A stretch of 64,000 nt of DNA from Minisyncoccota bacterium (GCA_017991635.1 JAGOQE010000001.1:65008-129007), one strand, 5' to 3'. Positions 19,945-29,542 are shown, counted from the first letter of the stretch. A program made the numbers and translations. Notes: generated by a model from the letters alone, not told the origin.

Positions 19945-20355
19945 ATGAAAAAACTCATTACACAGTCAATCCCGCTAATCATTTCATTTGCAGGTATTTT
20001 GCTTTGGTATTTTTCATTTGAATGTGTAAAGAACGCCTGCTCGCTTGGTGCACTTATGAGAAACGGAATCTACCTTGACCTTGTCAGGATTATTGGCGCC
20101 TTATGTCTTCCTCTTATTGTCTCCACAGTTTTTCTTCCAGTAGTTTCTAAGGAGGCCTTTAAGATGTGGACGAAAGCAATGCTTATATTTTTCCCGATCA
20201 TCCTCATCTTAATTGTTTTTGTCTCTGATAGTTCTATGGGAGCTTCACCACTATTTAGTTACGGAAAGTCTGAAGTCGCTCTACTGGGAGGAACATTGTT
20301 AACGCTTGTGGGGCTTGTTGTAGTCGCTAAAAAATCATTCTTCGCTAAGAAATAG
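19945..20355 (+). CDS. polytopic membrane protein
   Basis: ATG 1 nt after the upstream TAA; about 4 TM helices. Confidence 0.45.
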   Translation: MKKLITQSIPLIISFAGILLWYFSFECVKNACSLGALMRNGIYLDLVRIIGALCLPLIVSTVFLPVVSKEAFKMWTKAMLIFFPIILILIVFVSDSSMGASPLFSYGKSEVALLGGTLLTLVGLVVVAKKSFFAKK

Positions 20356-20413
20356 TTGCAAACATTCTTTCTCGTAGTAGTCTCGAGGGCAGACCAACAG
20401 AGGGAGGCTTGCA

Positions 20414-20623
20414 ATGCGCAAGTTTGCAAAATGGACTGGAGACTGGGAATACCGGAATCACACCGACCCCAGATTCAGTGGAAAGCGTGGCACACTCACC
20501 GTTAATGCGACCTCGAGCAATGACGCTGAGGATGAAATTAAGCGAGCAGTGTCTCGCGACATCATCGGCACCACGTCCTTTGTTTCGTTCGTGCACGTCA
20601 CGAACATCCGTAAAGAAGGCTAG
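20414..20623 (+). CDS. small protein (69 aa), paralog 1
   Basis: GGGAGG RBS; shares W-TG-W-xRN...T-A(T/S)S...GTT...N(I/L)R(K/E)EG pattern with the next ORF; faint resemblance to the DUF1508/YegP domain. Confidence 0.45.
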   Translation: MRKFAKWTGDWEYRNHTDPRFSGKRGTLTVNATSSNDAEDEIKRAVSRDIIGTTSFVSFVHVTNIRKEG

Positions 20624-20631
20624 GAAAAGTT

Positions 20632-20841
20632 ATGGGCACCTGGACTGGAAGCTGGACGTTCCGTAACGTCATGCACCACTTGCATAACTCGACAGGCACA
20701 AAAACAGTGACTGCTTCAAGCGAGCAGGGTGCTAAGTCCAAAATCAAGGATGAAGCATCGCGCGAACTTTTCGGCACCACCGGCATGCATACCTACATCG
20801 ATGTCTCAAACCTTCGAGAAGGTAATGGTCGCAGGTGGTGA
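20632..20841 (+). CDS. small protein (69 aa), paralog 2
   Basis: Tandem duplicate of the 20414..20623 ORF, about 30% identical. Confidence 0.45.
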   Translation: MGTWTGSWTFRNVMHHLHNSTGTKTVTASSEQGAKSKIKDEASRELFGTTGMHTYIDVSNLREGNGRRW

Positions 20842-20884
20842 AAAGCTTCCTTTGAAATAATTTGTTCGGCGCATAGCGCACGTA

Positions 20885-20926
20885 CCCACCAGCGGAAAGC
20901 CCCCGCACTGGTGGGTTTTCTGTTTT
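20885..20926 (+). terminator. rho-independent terminator
   Basis: cccaccagcgg...ccgcactggtggg followed by ttttctgtttt. Confidence 0.6.
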
Positions 20927-20959
20927 ACTACCTCCTCAGATTTCGAGTATGCTACATGC

Positions 20960-21592
20960 ATGAAGTTTGAAGAAAGAGACATCTATCTAATCGCCGGTCT
21001 ACACGGAAATGAAAGAGCTCCTGTGCGCGCACTCACGTCAGCCTCTGTTGATTTTGTTCTCGGCAACCCTGAGGCTCATTCTCAGAATCTACGCTTTACT
21101 GAGTCAGACCTTAACGCCTCATTTGGCATAGAGCATTCAACACGTGAGGGAGAGCTTGCTCGCGAGATTCTGAACAAGATACCTGTTGAGGGACTTGTTG
21201 TTGATTTTCATACCACATCTGCAAAAGGTCCCCCGTTTGTCATACTTACAGACATACGCATGCTTCCCTTTGCCGAAACTACAGGACTTAAGCACGCAGT
21301 TTTAATGAGTCACAATATAAAGGAAGGTCACGCGCTCATTAATATGAGAGACGGAATTTCTATCGAAATGTCGGGATACGATTCTGAAGAAAGTGTTCTT
21401 ACAACATTGGCAGTTCTGGAATCTGTCCGCAACGGAACGAGAAATCAGCTTGAGGTTTATGAAGTGTACGAAAAAATAACTAAGCCGGGCACATACGAAA
21501 ACTTTGCAGAACACACAGAAGGCTTCTTCCCAGTCCTTGTTGGAGAAGATGCCTATGACTTTATTGGCCTCAAGGCGAGAAGGCTGAACTAG
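20960..21592 (+). CDS. succinylglutamate desuccinylase/aspartoacylase (AstE/AspA) family zinc hydrolase, short form
   Basis: IAGLHGNERAP, ESDLNASFG and DFHTT motifs. Confidence 0.65.
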   Translation: MKFEERDIYLIAGLHGNERAPVRALTSASVDFVLGNPEAHSQNLRFTESDLNASFGIEHSTREGELAREILNKIPVEGLVVDFHTTSAKGPPFVILTDIRMLPFAETTGLKHAVLMSHNIKEGHALINMRDGISIEMSGYDSEESVLTTLAVLESVRNGTRNQLEVYEVYEKITKPGTYENFAEHTEGFFPVLVGEDAYDFIGLKARRLN

Positions 21593-21625
21593 TTCTAATA
21601 ATTAGACCGAAGCCCTCATGAGTTC

Positions 21626-22021
21626 TTGTATACTAAGGAAAGCATGCACCGAACACTCTGGCTCACAATTGCGCTTACTATCATCACAGGAATCATATTG
21701 AAAGAACTCAATATAGGTACGCCCTTTCCTGCCGAGCCGATGATTATCTATGGATTCTCTATTCTCCTTTCTGCACTTATCGCGCAGATTTCAGGTGACC
21801 ACATTATGAAAACCTGGATTCGCTTTGCGAAATGGGCAATTCCTGCAATTTTTATTTCATACCTCCTCACACCTCACTACGGACAGACCGGCGTATACCA
21901 CTTTGAGCAAGACGGCATTCTCTGGCTCACCGCCATTTCTTTTGTAGTACTTAGTCTCGGTATTGTGGAGCTTCAGCTCGTGCGTGGACGAAAGCGAAAG
22001 CTACGCAAATTCAATAAATAG
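21626..22021 (+). CDS. membrane protein, hypothetical
   Basis: Four hydrophobic segments. Confidence 0.4.
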   Translation: MYTKESMHRTLWLTIALTIITGIILKELNIGTPFPAEPMIIYGFSILLSALIAQISGDHIMKTWIRFAKWAIPAIFISYLLTPHYGQTGVYHFEQDGILWLTAISFVVLSLGIVELQLVRGRKRKLRKFNK

Positions 22022-22756
22022 TGGTGAGTGGTCTGAGACTTCGTCGTCGAGAACTTTAAACTCACTCACTTCAACACCATCACTCACGAAAGCGTAGTCG
22101 GCGAATTTCTCTGGCTTGGTGTAGTAACTCGTGCGCGTTGAGGTGATGCCACATTCCTTAATCATGTTGCGAAGGCCTGCGTCTTCAAGCTTCTGCACAC
22201 TCATCGTTGTAGGAAGTAAGTTGAAATCACCCAGGATAACTGACGGGAGTGCGTGCTGATTCACGAGTTCAATAATCTTTTCTGACTGCAAAAGTCGTTC
22301 CTCGGTATCAGTCTTCCCTCGCCCATTCCAAAGTCCGTGCAAATTAACAACGAGTTTCTTTCCACGTTCAGTTTCAACAACGACATACTGCAAATTGCGT
22401 GAGTGATTTCCCATCTCATCAGGCGAAACAAATCCTCGCTCACCATAAATAAACAACTCACCCTCTTCATGTACGGTAATTCCTTTCTTCACAAACATCG
22501 CGAGTCCATAGAAATCAAAGAAGTGCGGACGGAAGTAGGAGTCATGGTCAGGCAATGCTTCGCACAACTGCGGAAATAAATCCGTGACACGATTTTCAAG
22601 CCACGAGCCACCAGCCTTTTCAGTTTTCATATGTTCACCTCCATTCCAAATTTCCTGAAGACAAAAAATATCTACATCATCGTGTTGTCTAAAAAATGAG
22701 AGGAGTTTGGGAAGTCCTGCTTCTCCGCCCCACGTATTGAGTGAAATGACTTTCAT
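22001..22756 (-). CDS. endonuclease/exonuclease/phosphatase (EEP) family protein
   Basis: MKVISLNTWGG...LQE...GDFNLLP...SDHSPL. Confidence 0.7.
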   Translation of the reverse strand: MKVISLNTWGGEAGLPKLLSFFRQHDDVDIFCLQEIWNGGEHMKTEKAGGSWLENRVTDLFPQLCEALPDHDSYFRPHFFDFYGLAMFVKKGITVHEEGELFIYGERGFVSPDEMGNHSRNLQYVVVETERGKKLVVNLHGLWNGRGKTDTEERLLQSEKIIELVNQHALPSVILGDFNLLPTTMSVQKLEDAGLRNMIKECGITSTRTSYYTKPEKFADYAFVSDGVEVSEFKVLDDEVSDHSPLFIEFA

Positions 22757-22862
22757 ACCTTATATAGTAGCGCACCCAAGTAAAGAAAAAGGGCGCCCGC
22801 TGAAATGAATCAGGGGCGCCCAGAAGGTACTACGCGTTACTTAAAAAGCTACATGCCGAGGA

Positions 22863-24845
22863 TTACTCCCCCGACGTACGCCGGCGCGAGCGCGGAGCGT
22901 CAGCCGCGTCGTCACCACCATCATCCGTTTCCGGAGTGACGGCGGGTTCGGACGCGACCGAAGCGGGTTCCGCGGCCTTCGGGGTTTCAGGCGTGGCCGA
23001 AGCCGAAGTGCCATCACCCTGTTTGCCCTTGCGGTCGCCAGCCATCATGTTGCCGAGGAAGGCGTCGACCATGCCGCCACCGCCCGAACCGTTGCCATTT
23101 GCGGCGCCGGTGACGAGGATGTCGGGCACAATCTTGATGCCGTTCTTCGACAGGTGGTCGGCGATCGTCATCATCGCATAGCCTTCGGCGCCGACGCTTT
23201 CGACCTTCTGCTTGATGACGTTGGCTTCAGCGCCACCGACAGCGAGCGTATTGGCCGCTTGAGCTTCACCCACGGTCTTGAGGACCATGGCGTCGGCCGT
23301 AGCGTTGATTTCCTTCGACTGAGCGACACCCTTCGCGTTGGCGACGGCGGCGTTGGCCTCGAAGGTCTGGATCTCGACCTGACGTTCCGCCGCGACCACC
23401 TGGGCCTGCGTATCGGCAGTAGCCCGGGCGTTCTCCAGGTCTTTACGAGCGTCTTCTGCGCTCTTCTGAGCCCTGTACGTATCCATCATGCGCTCGGCGA
23501 GTTTCTTCTCCGAGAGCGTGGCCATCAGTTCAGGCGGAGGCACGATGTCACCGATGAGGGTGTCGACGGCTTGCACATCGTAGTTGCCCTGAAGACCTTC
23601 TTCGATGTGCGTCTTCGCGTCCTTCTGGCGTTCAGCGCGTTTCGACAGGAACTCGATGGCGTCATGCGCTTGCGCGGAGTTCCGGAAGTAGTTCCCGATG
23701 AGGGGTTCCAGAACCTGACTGACCAGATTGAGCATCGAACCGAAGCGTGCGATGACGGCCGAAGCCTTGTCGCGCGAGACGTGGATGATCTGACTCACGT
23801 CGAGGTTATAGGTGAAGCCGTCGGACGAACGGGCCGTAATGGTCGAGAGGTGCGAGTCGAGGTCGTGAGACGCCGTCTTACCATTCGCCCAGTTCAGCAC
23901 AATGTTCGTCGTCGGAACGAGCTCGACCTTCGTCGTCAACGGGTTGATGGGGTACATGCCCGGATCCAGAGGATCCTTCCACACACCCTTTTGACCACGA
24001 TCAACGAGTTTGCCGTGCTTGAACGCTTCTCCGGTGCCGGTGACATTTTCACCGACATAGGACACCACAACACCGACCGAGCCGATGGGTACGGCAGTCA
24101 TCGGCACCGATTCAACAGCGACGAAGAGCGGATTCAGGTAGTAGGTGCCGGCCAGAATGACCTCTTCCTGCTGACCTTTGAAACCGCCACCGCGCACGAA
24201 GGCGTCGCCGTCCTGGAAGGAGTTGTGACCATCGATTTTCTTGCCGGCGATCTCGCCGGCAAGAAGCGCTTGGCCTTCCTTCGTGGTAACGACGCCGACC
24301 GTGTTGTCGGGAATCGAAATGGCTTTTTCAAGCCTGACAGCAAACAACTTGGTGTTGATACGGTACACACCCGGCGGGATGATGGCGATTTGCGAACCGC
24401 GCTCACCACCGTTGGTGAGGAAGGCACGCGCATCCTGGAAGGAGTCGCAGTTAACGCTTTGCGCGAGAATACGACCAGCCGGAATGGCGTTACCGTCCTG
24501 AGCCTCGACGATGCCCACCTGCCCTTGCGGGATGGTGGTGAATTTCGTGATGGTGACCGTGTACTGCCACGGCCATTTCCAGAAATGCAGGCCGGGCGCG
24601 AGCGCGTCAGCCTGCAGACCAGCTTCGCCCTGGAGGGCGACGATACGGCCGTCGGGCAAGGTCTTGTTCTTACCGAACAGGACGAACTTCTTCTCGACGA
24701 GACCAATGGAGTCTTCGGGGATAAACCAGATGCCGAAGAGACGGAACCACCACTTGGCCGTGAAGCCGAGCACGATGAGCACAATGAGGCTCCCGAGCAC
24801 CGGCGACGCGATCAAGCCACCGAGAAATCCAAGGATTCCTTCCAT
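22863..24845 (-). CDS. flotillin-like SPFH/band-7 protein (YqiK-like)
   Basis: N-terminal TM, SPFH domain, long Ala/Glu-rich coiled coil, Gly-rich tail; start set at MEGILGFLGG (GAAAGG RBS); gene is visibly very GC-rich. Confidence 0.8.
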   Translation of the reverse strand: MEGILGFLGGLIASPVLGSLIVLIVLGFTAKWWFRLFGIWFIPEDSIGLVEKKFVLFGKNKTLPDGRIVALQGEAGLQADALAPGLHFWKWPWQYTVTITKFTTIPQGQVGIVEAQDGNAIPAGRILAQSVNCDSFQDARAFLTNGGERGSQIAIIPPGVYRINTKLFAVRLEKAISIPDNTVGVVTTKEGQALLAGEIAGKKIDGHNSFQDGDAFVRGGGFKGQQEEVILAGTYYLNPLFVAVESVPMTAVPIGSVGVVVSYVGENVTGTGEAFKHGKLVDRGQKGVWKDPLDPGMYPINPLTTKVELVPTTNIVLNWANGKTASHDLDSHLSTITARSSDGFTYNLDVSQIIHVSRDKASAVIARFGSMLNLVSQVLEPLIGNYFRNSAQAHDAIEFLSKRAERQKDAKTHIEEGLQGNYDVQAVDTLIGDIVPPPELMATLSEKKLAERMMDTYRAQKSAEDARKDLENARATADTQAQVVAAERQVEIQTFEANAAVANAKGVAQSKEINATADAMVLKTVGEAQAANTLAVGGAEANVIKQKVESVGAEGYAMMTIADHLSKNGIKIVPDILVTGAANGNGSGGGGMVDAFLGNMMAGDRKGKQGDGTSASATPETPKAAEPASVASEPAVTPETDDGGDDAADAPRSRRRTSGE

Positions 24846-24948
24846 GGGATTGTAGCCTTTCTGTAACGAGCAACGGGACGAATTCCCGTGCATCCGGAGC
24901 ATAACAACATTTTATTGTCACAAAGTCAACACTATAGTGAAACCCCGC

Positions 24949-24975
24949 TTAGACCACAGGTCTAAGCGGGGTTGT
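24949..24975. other. perfect 13-bp inverted repeat
   Basis: ccccgcttagacc-aca-ggtctaagcgggg; the ggtctaagcggg 12-mer also occurs at about 7311 (upstream of tuf). Confidence 0.4.
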
Positions 24976-25002
24976 CTCACGAATTACAATACTGGCGAGT
25001 TG

Positions 25003-25785
25003 CTACGTCGCCGAAGCTTTGTTCGCCTTGATGATTTCACCAGCACGAAGGATGGCAAGCTCGCCGAGCTCGGAATCAACGTCATATTCATCCCAAAGGG
25101 ACTGACACGACTCAACATCTTCAACAAAGGTAAGCATCCTCATGAACGCCAGAAGCTCCAGATCAGATTCACTGTCGCACTTTTCGAAGACGGCTAGAGC
25201 CTCGTCGTAATCAGTGGTAAGCGTGAGAGCGAGTTTGAGCGCGCGCTCAGTCTCGTCTTCAATGCCATCGTTCCAGCGGCGCGCGAGCTCGTCGATAATT
25301 GAGAGCGCATCATCAGTCGTGGTCGTGAGCGTAAAGATTTTCTCAATCGCTTCGTCCGCGACCTTGATACTTTCTTCAGAATCGAAGTTACGCATCACGT
25401 CAACGAGCTCCCAACACCGATCGATGTCATCAGCCGTGGTGAGCTCAGCACGCAGAAGCGTCACAGCCTTTTCATAGGCCTCGACCTCGACTGGGCTTCC
25501 AGCATCCACGGAACTGAAAACGTCGTAGCACTCCTCGGGACTTTCGGCCGACTCAAGTTCGTCGCGACGCTCCTGAAGAAGCTCGGCTTCCGTCTTTTGC
25601 GGCACGAAAACAGGTGGGGCAGTTTCAACCACCGGTGCATGCACCGGTGAGAACACTTCACCATATCCACGCGAATCCTGATACGTGTCATTCGAGCGCT
25701 TACGAAGCGAACGAAGGACAAAGAAACCGATGCCGACAAGGGCAAGCAATGAGACGAGCAGAATGTTAATCGTCTTGGCGTCCAT
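25003..25785 (-). CDS. membrane-anchored acidic helical-repeat protein, hypothetical
   Basis: N-terminal TM then Glu/Asp-rich repeats. Confidence 0.45.
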   Translation of the reverse strand: MDAKTINILLVSLLALVGIGFFVLRSLRKRSNDTYQDSRGYGEVFSPVHAPVVETAPPVFVPQKTEAELLQERRDELESAESPEECYDVFSSVDAGSPVEVEAYEKAVTLLRAELTTADDIDRCWELVDVMRNFDSEESIKVADEAIEKIFTLTTTTDDALSIIDELARRWNDGIEDETERALKLALTLTTDYDEALAVFEKCDSESDLELLAFMRMLTFVEDVESCQSLWDEYDVDSELGELAILRAGEIIKANKASAT

Positions 25786-25847
25786 ATGGACCTCCCTTTA
25801 AAAAACCTCTGTTCGGAATTTAAAACAAAAACAACCTTTTGTCAAAA

Positions 25848-26483
25848 CTACTGCCCCAACAGGAACATGAAGATGGAGATGACGAAGTTTGAGAACGGTG
25901 CGGAGAGGAACTGCGTGAAGACAAAGAGGAAGATGATAAGGAAGATGATGCTGTTTTGCTGAATCTTCTCTTCTATAGCTCGAATGGTAAGTGTGTACTT
26001 GGGAGGAATAAGCCCTCGAAGGATACCGAAACCATCGAGTGGAGGTATTGGGATGAGGTTAAACATACCCAGGAAGAGGTTGGTGAGTGAAATAGCAGCC
26101 GCAAGTTCTGCGAAATCTGGCACCGAATCAAACGTGTAACGTGCCACAAGCGCAAACACCACTGCAAGAAACAGGTTCACTAGAACGCCCGCCGAAGAGA
26201 CAATCGACTCGCCCCATCGTTGATTCTTCAGATTATAGGGATTGTAGGGCACTGGCTTTGCCCAGCCGAACATAATTCCGGCATTCGTGAGGACCAAAAT
26301 ACCTGGAATAATGACGGATCCGAACAAATCAATGTGCGGAAGTGGGTTTAGGGTGAGCCTACCAGCGTCCTTTGCTGTTCTATCGCCTAGATAAAAGGCC
26401 GCATAGCCGTGGGCGACCTCGTGAACAATAATTGAGAAGATAAGGGCGATAATCGTGAAGACTGAGAAGGGGTCTAGTTGCAT
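25848..26483 (-). CDS. site-2 protease family (M50) zinc metalloprotease
   Basis: HEVAHG HExxH motif and NLIPIPPLDG. Confidence 0.75.
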   Translation of the reverse strand: MQLDPFSVFTIIALIFSIIVHEVAHGYAAFYLGDRTAKDAGRLTLNPLPHIDLFGSVIIPGILVLTNAGIMFGWAKPVPYNPYNLKNQRWGESIVSSAGVLVNLFLAVVFALVARYTFDSVPDFAELAAAISLTNLFLGMFNLIPIPPLDGFGILRGLIPPKYTLTIRAIEEKIQQNSIIFLIIFLFVFTQFLSAPFSNFVISIFMFLLGQ

Positions 26484-26516
26484 ATATGTACCTAGCTATG
26501 CTAGCATGCTCTAACT

Positions 26517-26768
26517 ATGCCAAGAATGTGTGCAGTAACAGGAAAGACAACTCAAGTAGGCGGACGGTACTCAAACCGTACGCGTGCTACGCAATTTAAC
26601 CCAACTGGAAAGGTTCGCCGTCACGCAAACCTCCAGAAGCGTCGTATTTTCGTAGCTGAGCTTGGAAAGAGCATTCTTGTGGACATCTCCACTAAGGGAA
26701 TGCGTCACATCAAGAAGAACGGCGCGTTTGCCACCCTTACAAAGGCTGGCGTCATTAAGACCAAGTAG
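26517..26768 (+). CDS. rpmB: 50S ribosomal protein L28
   Basis: MPRMCAVTGKTTQVGGRYSN...KGMRHIKKNG. Confidence 0.85.
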   Translation: MPRMCAVTGKTTQVGGRYSNRTRATQFNPTGKVRRHANLQKRRIFVAELGKSILVDISTKGMRHIKKNGAFATLTKAGVIKTK

Positions 26769-26781
26769 TCTTACTACTAAA

Positions 26782-26809
26782 AACCCGCGAGCCTTAGGCT
26801 CGCGGGTTT
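26782..26809. terminator. rho-independent terminator
   Basis: aaacccgcgagccttaggctcgcgggttttt. Confidence 0.7.
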
Positions 26810-27664
26810 TTACTTTTCGACTACCGTCTTTCCATCACTCACTAGTGTAATCGTCCCTTCCTTTGAGGTTTCAAGCATGGTCGCGCCAGTATTCTGTATC
26901 TTCTCAACAACCTCCTTATGGGGATGTCCGTACGAGTTATCCTTTCCTGCAGAAATCACAACCATCTTTGGCTTAGCTACGGCGAGAAGTTCGTCACTTG
27001 TAGAAGTGTGCGAACCATGATGCCCCGCTTTCAAGACATCACTCTCCAACCTCTCTCCCTCAAGGTACACAACATACTTCTCGACACTTACGGGCGCGTC
27101 TCCTGAGAGGAAAAATTCTGTCTCGCCATACACTACATGAAGCACTACCGACGCATCATTAGTTTCACTATGTGTTACCTCTCTATCTGGATAGAGTACG
27201 TCCGCATATGCTCCAGCACCAAGGAGAATGCGCTGACCTCTTCGAGCGAGCGTATGCTCAACGTCCTTCTCCTTTCCCACAGCCTCAAGGAGAGCGTGAG
27301 TGACTCCCGTATCGTTTTCGACGCCAGGCTCCATGTAACGCAAAACGCGATAGCGCTTAAAGACATCAACCAAGCCTTCAATATGATCAGCGTCTGGATG
27401 TGTTGCCACCACCATATCTAGAGACCTATCAAAGAAACCCATTTCTTTAGGAAGGGTGCGCAACACAGCTCTTCCGCGTCCACCGTCTACCAACACATCT
27501 ATTCCTGTTGGACCTTCTATATAAATTGCGTCGCCCTGCCCCACATCGAGAAACGAAACCGTGAGCACGTACGGTCTCTCTTTGAATACAAAAAATAACG
27601 TAAACGCCGTGAGTGGAATTAGTAGAGCAAGCGCACCCCACAATACAGCACGGCCTTGAGACAT
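26810..27664 (-). CDS. ComEC-type metallo-beta-lactamase-fold protein (ComEC C-terminal domain as a stand-alone gene)
   Basis: N-terminal TM; FLDVGQGDAIYI...ATHPDADHIEGL...AGHHGSHTS. Confidence 0.7.
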   Translation of the reverse strand: MSQGRAVLWGALALLIPLTAFTLFFVFKERPYVLTVSFLDVGQGDAIYIEGPTGIDVLVDGGRGRAVLRTLPKEMGFFDRSLDMVVATHPDADHIEGLVDVFKRYRVLRYMEPGVENDTGVTHALLEAVGKEKDVEHTLARRGQRILLGAGAYADVLYPDREVTHSETNDASVVLHVVYGETEFFLSGDAPVSVEKYVVYLEGERLESDVLKAGHHGSHTSTSDELLAVAKPKMVVISAGKDNSYGHPHKEVVEKIQNTGATMLETSKEGTITLVSDGKTVVEK

Positions 27665-27666
27665 GG

Positions 27667-28011
27667 CTAATGTGTTGTTTCTTCCTCTCCCTTGAGCACA
27701 TCTTCAAGGAGTTTTGCGAGGAGTTCCTCATCACTTGTATCAATGATGTCTTCTCCATGAGCTCCTACATAGGCACGATAATCAGCCGAGAGAGAACGAT
27801 TGCTCATATCCCCCACCCACGCTTCCATGGCGAGATTCTTGGTCTCACGACTCACTTGCTCTGGGTGGAGGAAGTCAACGGTAAGATTGTTCTGTTTTCC
27901 ATACCACATAAGGGCCAGTATGGCCTGCACGCGCGCGTCGTCTACGGGTAATTTGAATGATTCTAAGTTTGATTTTGGAGCACCAGACTCGTGTGAAAAG
28001 GAAGCTTCCAT
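27667..28011 (-). CDS. hypothetical protein
   Basis: ORF only; start chosen at MEASFSHESG. Confidence 0.3.
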   Translation of the reverse strand: MEASFSHESGAPKSNLESFKLPVDDARVQAILALMWYGKQNNLTVDFLHPEQVSRETKNLAMEAWVGDMSNRSLSADYRAYVGAHGEDIIDTSDEELLAKLLEDVLKGEEETTH

Positions 28012-28402
28012 ATGCCACCAAGCATAGCACCCATGCGGGCACATCTTGCATTTTATGTGTATTTGTGGTATTATATATAGTACGCGCTTCGGTGCGAAAC
28101 TAGTACAAAAACAAAAGTGTGGTGGTGTTTCTCATGCACAAACGGGGACGAGCTATTCCGATTGCTCGCGCGATGCGAGCGAGAAGGGACAAGGATGAAG
28201 TCAGAAAGACGGTCGCGTGTGAAGTTGTCGAGCTTGAAAGCATCAGGCGAGATAACTTCCTCGGCGATGACGTCGAAGACCAGATCAGGAATCGTGAGCT
28301 TCCTATCGGGCGCGAGCTCGCCATGAGGAAACTCATCATCCACTTCGCGGGCCAAGGCCCGCGCACGAAAAAGGTCGCCTAAGCGCGACGAAAAGGGCGC
28401 TT

Positions 28403-28436
28403 GCGAACATCAGTTCGCAAGCGCCCTAATCCTTTT
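28403..28436. terminator. hairpin gggcgcttgcgaac...gttcgcaagcgccc
   Basis: 14-bp inverted repeat followed by taatccttttt on the plus strand. Confidence 0.4.
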
Positions 28437-28450
28437 TCTATACTTAACGA

Positions 28451-28852
28451 CTATGACTCCAGATTTCGCTGATCTTCAACAAAATGCTGAGCGTCAGCTG
28501 TACCTTCTACGCGGTGCACTACTCCCTGAGAATCAGTAACGGTTGCAGGTGCTCCCCCTTTAGCAGAGAGACGTTCAATGATGGTGGCGCCAATTTCCTC
28601 GGGAAGTCCCTCATCAAAATCAGTAAGTGACTGAATTGTGTATGGCTCGCCCGTCTTCTCCTGCATAACTGCTAGAGCGTTTACTACCATGTTTACATCC
28701 TCTTCAGTTAGGGCACTGAAAGACGGATCTTGCGCAACAACAGCGTCTACCTTCTCTCGAAGAAGCTCGAGAGCATCCTCGTCAGTCTTCCCTGGATGAG
28801 ACTTCTCATTAGAGGGTGCTGGTTTTGGGGCTCGGTTAAAGTTTCCAAACAT
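28451..28852 (-). CDS. hypothetical protein (133 aa)
   Basis: ORF; acidic, no motif recognised. Confidence 0.35.
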   Translation of the reverse strand: MFGNFNRAPKPAPSNEKSHPGKTDEDALELLREKVDAVVAQDPSFSALTEEDVNMVVNALAVMQEKTGEPYTIQSLTDFDEGLPEEIGATIIERLSAKGGAPATVTDSQGVVHRVEGTADAQHFVEDQRNLES

Positions 28853-28943
28853 AGATTGTACGTCTTAGTAATATGCAAATATTGTCTCACCAGAAGGATA
28901 ATCCGCAAGAGCGCATCAACGGCGAGTGGTATCATGCCGATAT

Positions 28944-29522
28944 ATGGAATACACCCCAAAAACGTTCGCCCTTCCGGAGCTAGAAGGATTGTCACAAGAA
29001 CAGATTGATGTGCACCTCGGCCTATACCAAGGCTACGTGAAGCACGTAAATCTTATCCGCTCGAAAATTAAGGACCTCACGGAGCGCGGAGAGGAAGCGT
29101 ATGTCATTAACGAGCTTCGTAGACGTTTTGCCTTTGAGTTTGATGGCATGCGCATGCATGAGTACTACTTTGAACAATTTGAAGGAGGAGCAACTACCTC
29201 AAGTTCTGGCACCATACTTGAAAAACTCGCTACAGAAAAGTACGGAAGTGTGGACGGACTCATCAAGCACGCAACGGAAGTTTCTGGCACACGCGGAATT
29301 GGATGGACCGTCGTCTATCTCGACCCTAAGGCAAACACCCTTCACACGACCTTCGTGATGGACCACGAACTTGGACAACTTGCTGGGCTTCCTATTATTC
29401 TTGCAATTGATTTGTGGGAGCACGCCTACATGGTTGACTATGTTCCTTCTCAAAAGAATCTCTACGTTGAGGCATTTTTCAAAAACCTCAATTGGGAAGT
29501 TGTAGAGTCTCGTCTTTCGTAA
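28944..29522 (+). CDS. Fe/Mn superoxide dismutase family protein, divergent N-terminus
   Basis: C-terminal DLWEHAYMVDY...NLNWEVV, GIGWTVVYL, MHEYYFEQF; the four metal ligands appear present but the HHxKHH region is replaced by HLGLYQGY. Confidence 0.6.
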   Translation: MEYTPKTFALPELEGLSQEQIDVHLGLYQGYVKHVNLIRSKIKDLTERGEEAYVINELRRRFAFEFDGMRMHEYYFEQFEGGATTSSSGTILEKLATEKYGSVDGLIKHATEVSGTRGIGWTVVYLDPKANTLHTTFVMDHELGQLAGLPIILAIDLWEHAYMVDYVPSQKNLYVEAFFKNLNWEVVESRLS

Positions 29523-29542
29523 TTACAAATTTCATCAAACAA

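Noticed and set aside
20414-20841. Small paralogs as dodecin or BhsA/YdgH-family proteins
   Set aside because: Only the N-terminal beta-alpha segment aligns loosely, and the proteins end before the dodecin C-terminal strands. The DUF1508 resemblance is retained only as a weak note.
23154-24866. 570-aa plus-strand ORF antisense to flotillin, and similar antisense ORFs (24134..24784, 48545..49096, 48684..49379, 49366..49770, 51031..51519)
   Set aside because: These are long open frames generated by GC-rich DNA. The translations are Arg/Gly/Pro-rich and lack RBS or domain signals; the sense-strand genes explain the coding.
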